Source: Vicinamibacterales bacterium | Lineage (GTDB): Bacteria > Acidobacteriota > Vicinamibacteria > Vicinamibacterales > 2-12-FULL-66-21 | Assembly: GCA_048594975.1 (NCBI GenBank) | Contig: JBMDXQ010000090.1 | Span: 416,102-480,101 of the forward strand | Direction of reading: 5' to 3' | Length of the DNA stretch: 64,000 nucleotides | Shown here: positions 1-8,070 of the stretch, piece after piece | Position numbering within the stretch: the first letter of the stretch is position 1 | Layout of the letters: each line of letters starts with the position of its first letter | Notes under the pieces: generated by a model | What the model saw: only the letters and a program-made list of their open reading frames with translations | What the model was told of the DNA's origin: nothing | Database searches by the model: none | Made by a program: the position numbers and the translations under genes

Positions 1-862
1 CAGGCTGCCGCGAAGCCTCGAATGCCAGCACGTACTGGTGGCGCAGCTCGTCGACGATCTGCCGCGCGGCGACGCTGGCGTGAGCGGGGGCCGTCGAGAT
101 GAACAGCTCGCCGCCGGTCCACTGCGCCAGGTTGCGCAGCGCGCTGTCGTGTTCGTCGGTGCGCCCCTCGCGCGGATCGTCGACCGCCGACATCACCGCG
201 AGCACGTACACCGGCACGTCGATCGCGCTGGCGATCCCGGTCACTTCTGCGGCGGTCAGCTTGCTCCGGGTGTCGACGCCGTCGGTCAGGACGACGACCG
301 CACGGCGCTGCACGTTGCCCGCGCGTTCGCGCGGATCGTCGGCGACGGCGCGCGCCGTCTCGGCGACGGCGTCGTACAGCGACGTCTGCCCGTACGGCGG
401 CTCGACGTGGTCGAGCGCCGACATCAGCGACTTCGTATCGGTGGTGAATCCGCGGACGAGCTGCAGCCGGCTGTCGAACGAGAAGAGAGCCGCCTGGTCG
501 GTCGGCCGGAGCGTGCTCAGGAGCTGCCGCGCGGTCTCTTTGGCATCGACCGCGCGCGAGGCGACCCGCATGCTCCCGCTGATGTCGAATACCAGCGCGA
601 TGCGGATCGGCCCGTCCGACTCCGCGCGGAAATCAATGATTGGCTTCGGCCGGCCGGATTCCGCGACGGTGAAGTCGGTCAGCCTCAGATCGCGGACGAA
701 CCGGCCCTTGCGGTCCCGCACCACCGCGGTCACGGCCACGACTGAGGTCGACGAGCGGAATACCGGCGTTGCCGTCGGCTGCTGCGCTTCATGTGCTACG
801 GTACCCGCGGGCAGCAGAGCGGCGCCCGCTGCCAGCACGAGTAGAAGCCGAGCCGTGGTCAT
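1..862 (-). CDS. VWA domain protein with acidobacterial-type VWFA-related N-terminal domain (start in window, 3' end beyond the left edge)
   Basis: Absent from the ORF track because it runs off the edge. Reverse frame is open from ATG (860-862): MTTARLLLVLAAGAALLPAG signal-like N-terminus, FRSSTSVVAVTAVVRDRKGRFVRDL (TIGR03436-like as I recall), MIDAS motif DISGSM, LTDGVDT. Confidence 0.8.
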   Translation of the reverse strand, partial: MTTARLLLVLAAGAALLPAGTVAHEAQQPTATPVFRSSTSVVAVTAVVRDRKGRFVRDLRLTDFTVAESGRPKPIIDFRAESDGPIRIALVFDISGSMRVASRAVDAKETARQLLSTLRPTDQAALFSFDSRLQLVRGFTTDTKSLMSALDHVEPPYGQTSLYDAVAETARAVADDPRERAGNVQRRAVVVLTDGVDTRSKLTAAEVTGIASAIDVPVYVLAVMSAVDDPREGRTDEHDSALRNLAQWTGGELFISTAPAHASVAARQIVDELRHQYVLAFEASRQP

Positions 863-1056
863 GCGCGCCGCTACTCCAAATAGCCTGCCAGAACTACTGG
901 GCCTTTAGTTCGAATGACTTACATATCTGCAAAGCGCGTTTCAGCGTGCATGGAAACCGCTGAAGCGAGTAAATATTTCTCAAACCGGACAATAAGCGCG
1001 CGTCATTTCTACATCCGGACTGCCGCTGCACGGGGGAACTGTGCCGTTGCAGTAAG

Positions 1057-2286
1057 ATGCGAGCCATGACCTCGCGTGCGACGCCTGCGATCCCCGTCGC
1101 CGGCCGTGTCGGCGGCTTCGTCTATGCCATCCGCAACATCGTCGCCGAGGCGCGGAAGGTGGAAGCCGCCGGGCGGACCGTGCAGTACTTGAACATCGGC
1201 GACCCCGTGCGGTTCGGGTTTCGGACCCCGCCGCACATGATCGAGGCAGTCGAGCGCGCTATGCGCGACGGCCGCAATGGCTACGCCCCATCGGAGGGCA
1301 TCCCGGCCGCGCGCGAGGCGGTGGCGGCCGAATACACGCGACGCGGCATGCCGGTCTCGCCCGACCGCGTCGTCATCACGTCGGGCACGTCCGAGGGGAT
1401 CGAGCTGGCGCTCTCGGCGCTGGCGGACGCGGGCGACGAGGTGCTCATCCCGGTTCCGACGTATCCCCTGTATACGGCCGTGGTCTCCAAGATCGGTGCG
1501 CGCGCCGTCTTCTACCGCACCGATCCGGACCGTGGGTGGCTCCCCGACATCGATCACGTGCGCAGGCTGCTGTCGCCGCGGACGAAGGCCCTCGTGGTGA
1601 TCGATCCCAACAACCCGACCGGTGCGACCTACGCAGCCGACATCAGGCGCGCCCTCCTCGAGCTCGCCGAGCGGCACAACGTGCCGCTGATCGCCGACGA
1701 GGTGTATGCGGATCTCGCGTTCGAGGGGCCGGTCCCGCCGATCGCCGCCCTGCAGCCGGACGCACCGGTGATCTCGTTCTCGTCGCTGTCGAAGGGCTAC
1801 CTTGCTCCCGGCTGGCGGTGCGGATGGCTCGCCGTCGGCCGGAGCGACCGCCTGGACGACGTGCTGGCCGGAATCCGGAAGCTGGCGGACGGCCGCCTGT
1901 GCAGCACCGGGCCGATGGAGTACGGACTGGTCGCGGCGCTCACCGGCGATCGCTCCCACCAGTCGGCGTTCCGGGCGGCGCTTCGCGAACGTGCCGAGCT
2001 CACGCACGCGCGCCTCAACGCGATCGACGGGATCACATCGGTCATGCCGGCGGCAGCCTTCTACGCCATGCCCCGCGTCACACTGCCCCCCGGGGCGACC
2101 GACGCGGATTACGTGCTCGGCCTGCTGCGTGCCACGGGGGTGCTGTGCGTGTACGGCGCCGGCTTCGGCGCCGATCCGGCCGACGGGTTCTTCAGGGTGG
2201 TCTATCTCGCGGATCCGGCGACGCTGTCGGGCATCTACGATTCGATCGCCGCGTTCACCGGTGAGTTCCTCGCGGGTCGCAGCTAA
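1057..2286 (+). CDS. class I/II pyridoxal-phosphate-dependent aminotransferase (alanine/aspartate aminotransferase-like)
   Basis: 409-aa ORF; DPNNPTGA, PLP-lysine motif SLSKGY, GWRCGW; alternative ATG at 1066. Confidence 0.85.
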   Translation: MRAMTSRATPAIPVAGRVGGFVYAIRNIVAEARKVEAAGRTVQYLNIGDPVRFGFRTPPHMIEAVERAMRDGRNGYAPSEGIPAAREAVAAEYTRRGMPVSPDRVVITSGTSEGIELALSALADAGDEVLIPVPTYPLYTAVVSKIGARAVFYRTDPDRGWLPDIDHVRRLLSPRTKALVVIDPNNPTGATYAADIRRALLELAERHNVPLIADEVYADLAFEGPVPPIAALQPDAPVISFSSLSKGYLAPGWRCGWLAVGRSDRLDDVLAGIRKLADGRLCSTGPMEYGLVAALTGDRSHQSAFRAALRERAELTHARLNAIDGITSVMPAAAFYAMPRVTLPPGATDADYVLGLLRATGVLCVYGAGFGADPADGFFRVVYLADPATLSGIYDSIAAFTGEFLAGRS

Positions 2287-3333
2287 GTGCCGAACGACAC
2301 CGGGAACTCGCCGAAGGGGCTGATCCTCTGGACCATCTGGACGGTGGTCCTGACCGTGCTCGTCCTCTGGGCCGCCTACCTCGTACGCGACGTGCTGCTC
2401 CTCATCTACATCAGCGGGGTGCTCGCGATCGGCTTCAGCCCGATCGTGCGCTTGATCCAGCGCCAGAAGATTCTGCCGATCGGATCACGCCGCTTCCCGC
2501 GGTGGTTGGCGATCCTGGTGCTGTACCTCGTGATCCTCGGCGGGCTGACCGGCATCGGCTTCATGATCTTCCCGCCGCTCGTCGACCAGGCGCGGCAGCT
2601 GTGGCTGGCGCTCCCCGGCATGCTGGAGCGCGGCCAGAACTTCCTGATGGCGCAGGGGATTCTGGGCCGACCGATCGAATGGCGCGACATCGTGCAGCGC
2701 ACGCCGGTCATCGGCGGCACGGAGGCGGTGGGGACGGTGTTCGGCGCGGTCCTCGGCGTCCTCGGCGGCCTCGTCGGCCTCGTCACGATTCTCATCGTGA
2801 CGTTCTACCTGCTCGTCGAAGCCGAGGCGCTGCACCGCTTCCTCCTCAGCCTGTTTCCGCGCAGCCGCCGCGCGCGTGTCGCCCAGGTCAACCGCGAGAT
2901 CACCGTCAAGGTGAGCGCGTGGCTGGGCGGGCAACTGCTGCTGGGCACGGTCATCGGCATCACGTCGGCCATCGGGCTCTGGCTGATCGGCATCCCGTAC
3001 TTCTACGTGCTCGCCGTCATCTCCGCGATCGGCGAGCTCATCCCGGTCGTCGGCCCGATCCTGGCGGCGCTGCCGGCGATCGCCGTCGCCTCCACCGTCT
3101 CGCTGCAGAAGCTGGCGCTGGTCATCGTCTTCTTCATCGTGCAGCAGCAGTTCGAGAACCATGTGCTGGTGCCGAAGGTCATGGAACGGCAGGTCGGCAT
3201 CAGCCCGGTGACCGTCATCCTCGCGCTGTTGATCGGCGGCAGGCTCCTCGGCATCCTCGGCGCCCTGCTCGCCGTTCCGACCGCCGCCATTCTCCAGGTG
3301 GTCGTCGCTGAACTGCGCGACGACAATCGCTAA
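2287..3333 (+). CDS. AI-2E family transporter (PerM/YhhT-like permease)
   Basis: 348-aa polytopic membrane ORF with a GTG start directly after the upstream TAA; family-typical hydrophobic layout and C-terminal LGILGALLAVP. Confidence 0.8.
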   Translation: MPNDTGNSPKGLILWTIWTVVLTVLVLWAAYLVRDVLLLIYISGVLAIGFSPIVRLIQRQKILPIGSRRFPRWLAILVLYLVILGGLTGIGFMIFPPLVDQARQLWLALPGMLERGQNFLMAQGILGRPIEWRDIVQRTPVIGGTEAVGTVFGAVLGVLGGLVGLVTILIVTFYLLVEAEALHRFLLSLFPRSRRARVAQVNREITVKVSAWLGGQLLLGTVIGITSAIGLWLIGIPYFYVLAVISAIGELIPVVGPILAALPAIAVASTVSLQKLALVIVFFIVQQQFENHVLVPKVMERQVGISPVTVILALLIGGRLLGILGALLAVPTAAILQVVVAELRDDNR

Positions 3334-3457
3334 TCCCTGATCGCTCATCCTGAATCCCTCGTCCTGAATCCCCGATCCTGGACCTGATCGATAAGGGATT
3401 CAGGATGAGCGATACAGTCAGGATGAGCGATACAGGATGAGCGATCAGCGAGGGATT
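3332..3457. repeat. composite inverted plus tandem repeat element in the perM-like/DUF5658 spacer
   Basis: Three tandem CAGGATGAGCGAT units (3401-3413, 3419-3431, 3433-3445). Left arm TCGCTCATCCTGAATCCCT (3341-3359) is a perfect 19-nt complement of 3394-3412. Alternatively 3332-3352 pairs with 3433-3457 (21 bp, 4-nt bulge). TCCTGAATCCC is repeated twice in the left arm. Confidence 0.85.
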
Positions 3458-3598
3458 CGCTGGCATCTGGGTTGATCACGCCAGCGCCGGGAGGATGCCG
3501 AGCTGGCCGTTGTGTGCAGATTCCGCCGGAACCGCGGAAGCGCCGGGGTCAACATGTGCAGTCGGGTTGTCACCCCGCGTTCCCGGTTCGGCGACACC

Positions 3599-3874
3599 AT
3601 GCTGGTGCTCTTCCTGCTGGCGCAGGCGGCCGACGGCGTGCTGACCTACATCGGCGTGAGCGTCTACGGCCCGCACATCGAGGGCAACCCGATCATCGGC
3701 TGGCTGATCGCGGTCATGGGCGAGGGCCTGGCGCTCACCACGGCGAAGGTGACGGCGGGCGCCTTTGGCATCCTGCTCCACCTCTCGAGCGTGCATCGCG
3801 CCGTCGCCTGCCTCGCCGCGTTCTACCTCGTCGCCGCGGTCTGTCCGTGGCTGGCCATCCTGTTCGTCCTCTGA
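3599..3874 (+). CDS. small membrane protein, DUF5658-like
   Basis: ATG at 3599 within ORF 3512-3874; three hydrophobic helices, and HIEGNPIIGW resembles the E-x-NP motif I associate with DUF5658. Start uncertain (3512 is the maximal ORF). Confidence 0.6.
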   Translation: MLVLFLLAQAADGVLTYIGVSVYGPHIEGNPIIGWLIAVMGEGLALTTAKVTAGAFGILLHLSSVHRAVACLAAFYLVAAVCPWLAILFVL

Positions 3875-3908
3875 TCCCGCCCCCGCGCAGAACTCGTATA
3901 CTCACCAG

Positions 3909-5090
3909 ATGCGTACCGATCCGCTGGCGTATCTGGGCGCCGAGATCCGCGCGCTGAAGGACCAGGGGCTGTATCGCCGCCTGCGCGTCCTCGAGGACGA
4001 GCAGAAGGCGCACACGACCTTCGACCATCGCTCGGTCGTCAACCTCTCGTCGAACAACTACCTGGGCCTGACCACCCATCCGACGCTCCGCCGCCGCGCG
4101 CTCGAGGCGCTCGAGCGCTTCGGCGTCGGATCCGGCTCGGTCCGCACGATCGCCGGCACGATGGCGATCCACCTGGAGCTCGAGCGAAAGCTGGCGGACT
4201 TCAAGAAGGTCGAAGCGGTGGTCGTGTTCCAGAGCGGGTTCACCGCCAACGCCGGCACGGTCTCGGCGATCCTGACCAAGGACGACGTGGTCGTCTCCGA
4301 CGAACTGAACCACGCGAGCATCATCGACGGGTGCCGCCTGAGCCGCGCCGCGATCAAGGTGTTCCCGCACAAGGACGTCGAGGCCGCGCGCCGCGTGATC
4401 GCCGGCCTGCCCGCGAGGCAGCGCAAGCTGCTCATCACCGACGGCGTGTTCAGCATGGACGGCGACCTCGGGCCGCTGCCCGCGCTCTGCGCGCTCGCCG
4501 AGGAGACCGGCTGCATCATGATGGTGGACGACGCGCACGCGAGCGGCGTGTTCGGGGCGAACGGCCGCGGGACGATCGATCATTTCGGCGTGCACGGTCG
4601 CGTCGACGTGCAGGTGGGCACGCTGTCCAAGGCGGTCGGCGCGCTCGGCGGCTACGTGGCCGGCAGCCGCGATCTGATCGAGTTCCTGTATCACCGCGCG
4701 CGTCCCTTCCTGTTCTCCACGTCGCACCCGCCCGCGGTGGCGGCGGCGTGCATCGCCGCGATCGACGTCCTGCTCGAGGAGCCGCAGATCATCGAGCGGC
4801 TCTGGGAGAACACCCGCTTCTTCAAGGGCGGCCTCGAACGCCTCGGCTTCAAGACCGGCGCGAGCGAAAGTCCCATTACGCCGGTGATCGTCGGCGAAGG
4901 CGCGACGGCGATGAAGCTGTCCGACCGGCTGTTCGAGGAGGGCGTGTTCGCGCAGGGCATCGCCTTCCCCACGGTGCCGAAGGACAAGGCGCGCGTCCGC
5001 ACGATCGTGACCGCGACGCACACGCGCGAGGACCTGCAGTACGCGCTGGACGCGTTTCAGCGGGTGGGCCGCGAGCTCGCACTGATGTGA
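3909..5090 (+). CDS. kbl: glycine C-acetyltransferase / 2-amino-3-ketobutyrate CoA ligase (alpha-oxoamine synthase family; BioF-like alternative)
   Basis: ATG at 3909 inside ORF 3765-5090; SSNNYLGL, DGVFSMDGD, PLP lysine in GTLSKAVG; about 393 aa, the usual Kbl length. Confidence 0.8.
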   Translation: MRTDPLAYLGAEIRALKDQGLYRRLRVLEDEQKAHTTFDHRSVVNLSSNNYLGLTTHPTLRRRALEALERFGVGSGSVRTIAGTMAIHLELERKLADFKKVEAVVVFQSGFTANAGTVSAILTKDDVVVSDELNHASIIDGCRLSRAAIKVFPHKDVEAARRVIAGLPARQRKLLITDGVFSMDGDLGPLPALCALAEETGCIMMVDDAHASGVFGANGRGTIDHFGVHGRVDVQVGTLSKAVGALGGYVAGSRDLIEFLYHRARPFLFSTSHPPAVAAACIAAIDVLLEEPQIIERLWENTRFFKGGLERLGFKTGASESPITPVIVGEGATAMKLSDRLFEEGVFAQGIAFPTVPKDKARVRTIVTATHTREDLQYALDAFQRVGRELALM

Positions 5091-5097
5091 GGACGCC

Positions 5098-6273
5098 GTG
5101 AAACATGCAACGGCCGACCGCGCGCGTGACTGGTTCAACGTCTACACGCGCGACCTGTCGGCCGAGGACCTGCAACGGCTCTTCACGCACGACACGCCGT
5201 GGGCCTACCGCTTCTTCGCGCGTGGCCTCGGCGACGAGGACCTCGCCGCGCTGCCGCGCTGGAAGCGGCTGCCGCATCAGCTCCGCCGGGTCTTCGTCGC
5301 CTTCACGCTGAAGCTGCCACCGGCGCGGCGCGCCCTTTACATCGGCGCGCTGGCGATCGCGGTGGTGGGGTTGCTGCAGCTGTTCCGCGGGTTTGCAGTG
5401 GTCGACGTTCCGCTGGGGACCCCGTTCTTCCAGGTCGGGCTCCCGATGCCGGTGTGGGCGCCAGGGACGCTCGCGCTGCTCGCCAGCCTCCTGCTCGTCA
5501 ACCTGCTCGTCCTGATGGAGGTCGCCGATCGGCTCTCGCTCAAGGGCGAGCTGGAGATCGCGCGGGAGATCCAGCTCGCCATGCTGCCGACCGGCACCTA
5601 CGTCGGGCCCGGGCTGCAGATCTGCGGCATGACGCGGCCGGCCAACACCGTCGGCGGCGACTTCTACGACGTCCTGCCGCGGCCGGACGGTCGGGTCATC
5701 GTCGCCCTCGGGGATGTCGCCGGCAAGGGCAGCCCGGCCGCGCTGCTGATGGCGCTGCTGCTCGCGGTGCTGCGGACGCTCGTCGACGAGGACCTTGGTG
5801 CGCCGGCGCTGATCAAGCGGCTCAACGTCCAGATCTGCCGCCACACACCCGCCTCGCGGTTCATCACGCTGTTCTACGGGGTGTACTCGCCGGCCTCGGG
5901 CGCGCTGACCTACGTTAACGCCGGACAGAACCCGCCGCTGGTCCGCCGCGCCGACGGCAGCTACGAGGAGTTGGGGAGCACCGGCGTCGCGCTCGGGATG
6001 TTCGAAGGATCGCGGTTCGAGGCGGCGACGACCGCCATCGCCCCGGGCGAGATGCTCATCATGTACAGCGACGGGATCACCGAGGCCGAGGACCCGAACG
6101 GACAGCCGCTCGACGAGGCCGGCCTCGAGCGCGTCATCGAAGCGCACGCCGGTGAGCCGCCATCCGAGATCGGCCGGCACGTGCTCCGCGCCGTCGAGCG
6201 TCACACCGACAGCACGCGGTTCCAGGACGATCTGACGATCCTCGTCCTCGCGCGCGATCAGTCGAAGGCGTAG
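5098..6273 (+). CDS. membrane-anchored SpoIIE/RsbU-type PP2C protein phosphatase
   Basis: 391 aa; N-terminal hydrophobic helices, then VGGDFYDV, GDVAGKG and YSDGITEA motifs; starts 7 nt after kbl. Confidence 0.85.
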   Translation: MKHATADRARDWFNVYTRDLSAEDLQRLFTHDTPWAYRFFARGLGDEDLAALPRWKRLPHQLRRVFVAFTLKLPPARRALYIGALAIAVVGLLQLFRGFAVVDVPLGTPFFQVGLPMPVWAPGTLALLASLLLVNLLVLMEVADRLSLKGELEIAREIQLAMLPTGTYVGPGLQICGMTRPANTVGGDFYDVLPRPDGRVIVALGDVAGKGSPAALLMALLLAVLRTLVDEDLGAPALIKRLNVQICRHTPASRFITLFYGVYSPASGALTYVNAGQNPPLVRRADGSYEELGSTGVALGMFEGSRFEAATTAIAPGEMLIMYSDGITEAEDPNGQPLDEAGLERVIEAHAGEPPSEIGRHVLRAVERHTDSTRFQDDLTILVLARDQSKA

Positions 6274-8045
6274 ATCTGCACGCTCCCCATCAGGCGGATC
6301 AGACGCGCCTGCTCGACCGCTCGTTGCCCGGCGGCGCTGAACCGCGCGTGGAACGCTTTCAGCTCGAAGTCGTCGAGCACCATGAAGGGCATGCGGCCGC
6401 TCTGGCGCAGCTTCGCCAGCGTCGTGTCGAGCTCCTCGGGTGCCACCAGGTCCCACCGGACGATGGGTTTCCCGGCGTACAGGCGCACGCTGCCGCTGTG
6501 CTGCGACGCGAGCACGATCGCGTTGCCCGGCAGTCGCTGCCCGACGAACTCGCCGGCCCGGACGTACCGCTGCTCGCCGTCACGCAGCTGGAAGGCGGAG
6601 CGACGTTCAGCGGTAACGATGCCGGCGATCGCGAGACCCCCGAACAGCGCCAGCGTGACCATCGTGCGGGCCGCAGGCGGCAGCCGGCGAAGGAGCGTCA
6701 TCGCTGCCCCCGCCGCGCACAGCAGCATCAGGGGAATCGCCGGCAGCAGGAAGCGTGAGTACGTCCACTCCCCGGCCCCGAATACCACGTAGGGCAGGTA
6801 GATTGCCTGCACGCCGGCGCTGAAGAGGACGGCAGCCCACGCCAGCGCGCGCGCGCCCGGCGGGCGGCGGCGCAACGCGACCGGCGCGAGCACGAAGAGC
6901 CAGATGAATATCGTCTGGGCCTCGGTGAGCCACCGTGGGTAGCGCGCCAGGTTTGGCACCACGTGTTCCATCGAGAACAGGTAGCCGAGGTCGCCATAGC
7001 CGGAGGCGAGCGGGGATCCGTACCGGACCTGGTGGATCCACGCGAGCGCGACGCAGGCAGGAACCATGGCCGCCATGAACAGCGCCGCGCGCCGACGCCG
7101 CGGACCCGCGCCGGCGTGGACGGCGAGCGCTGCGGGCACGAGCGCCAGTGGCGCCAGGTTCGGGCGGATGAGCAGCGCGATGGACGCCGTCGCCCCGGCG
7201 CCGCCCGCGGCGGCCGCCGTTCCGCGGCTGGCGAGCACCAGCGAGGCCAGCCAGAACGCGGTGACCGGCACGTCGCTCATCGGCTGCACCACCTGGAACA
7301 GGAACGTCGGGCTGGCCGACAGCAGGGCGGCGCCGAGTCCAGCCGCGAGTGCATCGTCCATTGCCCGGCCAAGGCGATAGGTGAGCCAGACCGCGATGAC
7401 ACCGAGCAGGGGCACGACGAGGTACACGCCGGCGGGCCACAGGGCGGCAGCCGGCGCCATCAGCAACGGGAACCCGGGTGGATACGTCGGCGCGATCACC
7501 GGCGGCGCAACGCCCGGAACGAACCCAAGCGGCGTCAGCGTCCAGGACGGCAGGCGCCACTCGTCGATCAGGTCGCGCGGCACCGCGTCGGTGAGGCGGC
7601 CGTCGGCCAGGAGCAGGGCCTGGCTCACGTAGCCGCAGGAATCGGCGCCGCCGGCAGCGTAGGTGCCGAAGTACACGCCGGCGGCAGCGCTCCACACTGT
7701 GGCGGCGGCGACCAGCGCGTGCGCTGCGCCAGCCGAGTCGAGCATCGGCCAGGCGCGTGAGGCGACGGCGGCGATGCGGCGGCGCGCTGCCACCACCCAC
7801 GCGGCCGCCACGATCGCCGCCGCTACGGCCGGGCGGATCCAGGCGTGCGATCGGACGCGCACGCCGCCAAGGCGGATCTCGAAGCCGCCGGTCAGCGCGA
7901 TGAGCGCGGCGTACGAGCCGAGGATTGCGGCGCCCGCAAGCAGCACGACCGCCACGCCCCGCCGCCGTGCTCGTCCCGGCACCCGCCCCTTGCGGCCGGG
8001 TCCCGGCGATCCTGGTTTCACTGAGCGATCGACCCGAAAGGCCAC
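6258..8045 (-). CDS. large polytopic membrane protein, ArnT/PMT (GT39/GT83)-like glycosyltransferase (tentative)
   Basis: 595-aa ORF with about 12 hydrophobic segments and a soluble C-terminal domain of about 130 aa. No diagnostic motif recognised. GTG start only 25 nt from the divergent M1 peptidase gene, so a downstream start is possible. The 3' end overlaps the convergent phosphatase gene by 16 nt. Confidence 0.55.
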   Translation of the reverse strand: MAFRVDRSVKPGSPGPGRKGRVPGRARRRGVAVVLLAGAAILGSYAALIALTGGFEIRLGGVRVRSHAWIRPAVAAAIVAAAWVVAARRRIAAVASRAWPMLDSAGAAHALVAAATVWSAAAGVYFGTYAAGGADSCGYVSQALLLADGRLTDAVPRDLIDEWRLPSWTLTPLGFVPGVAPPVIAPTYPPGFPLLMAPAAALWPAGVYLVVPLLGVIAVWLTYRLGRAMDDALAAGLGAALLSASPTFLFQVVQPMSDVPVTAFWLASLVLASRGTAAAAGGAGATASIALLIRPNLAPLALVPAALAVHAGAGPRRRRAALFMAAMVPACVALAWIHQVRYGSPLASGYGDLGYLFSMEHVVPNLARYPRWLTEAQTIFIWLFVLAPVALRRRPPGARALAWAAVLFSAGVQAIYLPYVVFGAGEWTYSRFLLPAIPLMLLCAAGAAMTLLRRLPPAARTMVTLALFGGLAIAGIVTAERRSAFQLRDGEQRYVRAGEFVGQRLPGNAIVLASQHSGSVRLYAGKPIVRWDLVAPEELDTTLAKLRQSGRMPFMVLDDFELKAFHARFSAAGQRAVEQARLIRLMGSVQIYAFD

Positions 8046-8070
8046 GATTCGTGTCTAAATAGGAGCATCC

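Noticed and set aside
3332-3457. Possible CRISPR array, because of tandem repeats.
   Set aside because: The units are only 13-18 bp with no unique spacers, there are only three copies, they are complementary to the left arm, and no cas genes are present.
5088-5100. Other stop codons checked for read-through: kbl TGA 5088-5090, and the aminotransferase TAA at 2284-2286, which abuts an in-frame GTG.
   Set aside because: The frame after the kbl TGA is not the phosphatase frame, and both neighbours are complete proteins. TAA is not a Sec codon, and the two proteins belong to unrelated families.
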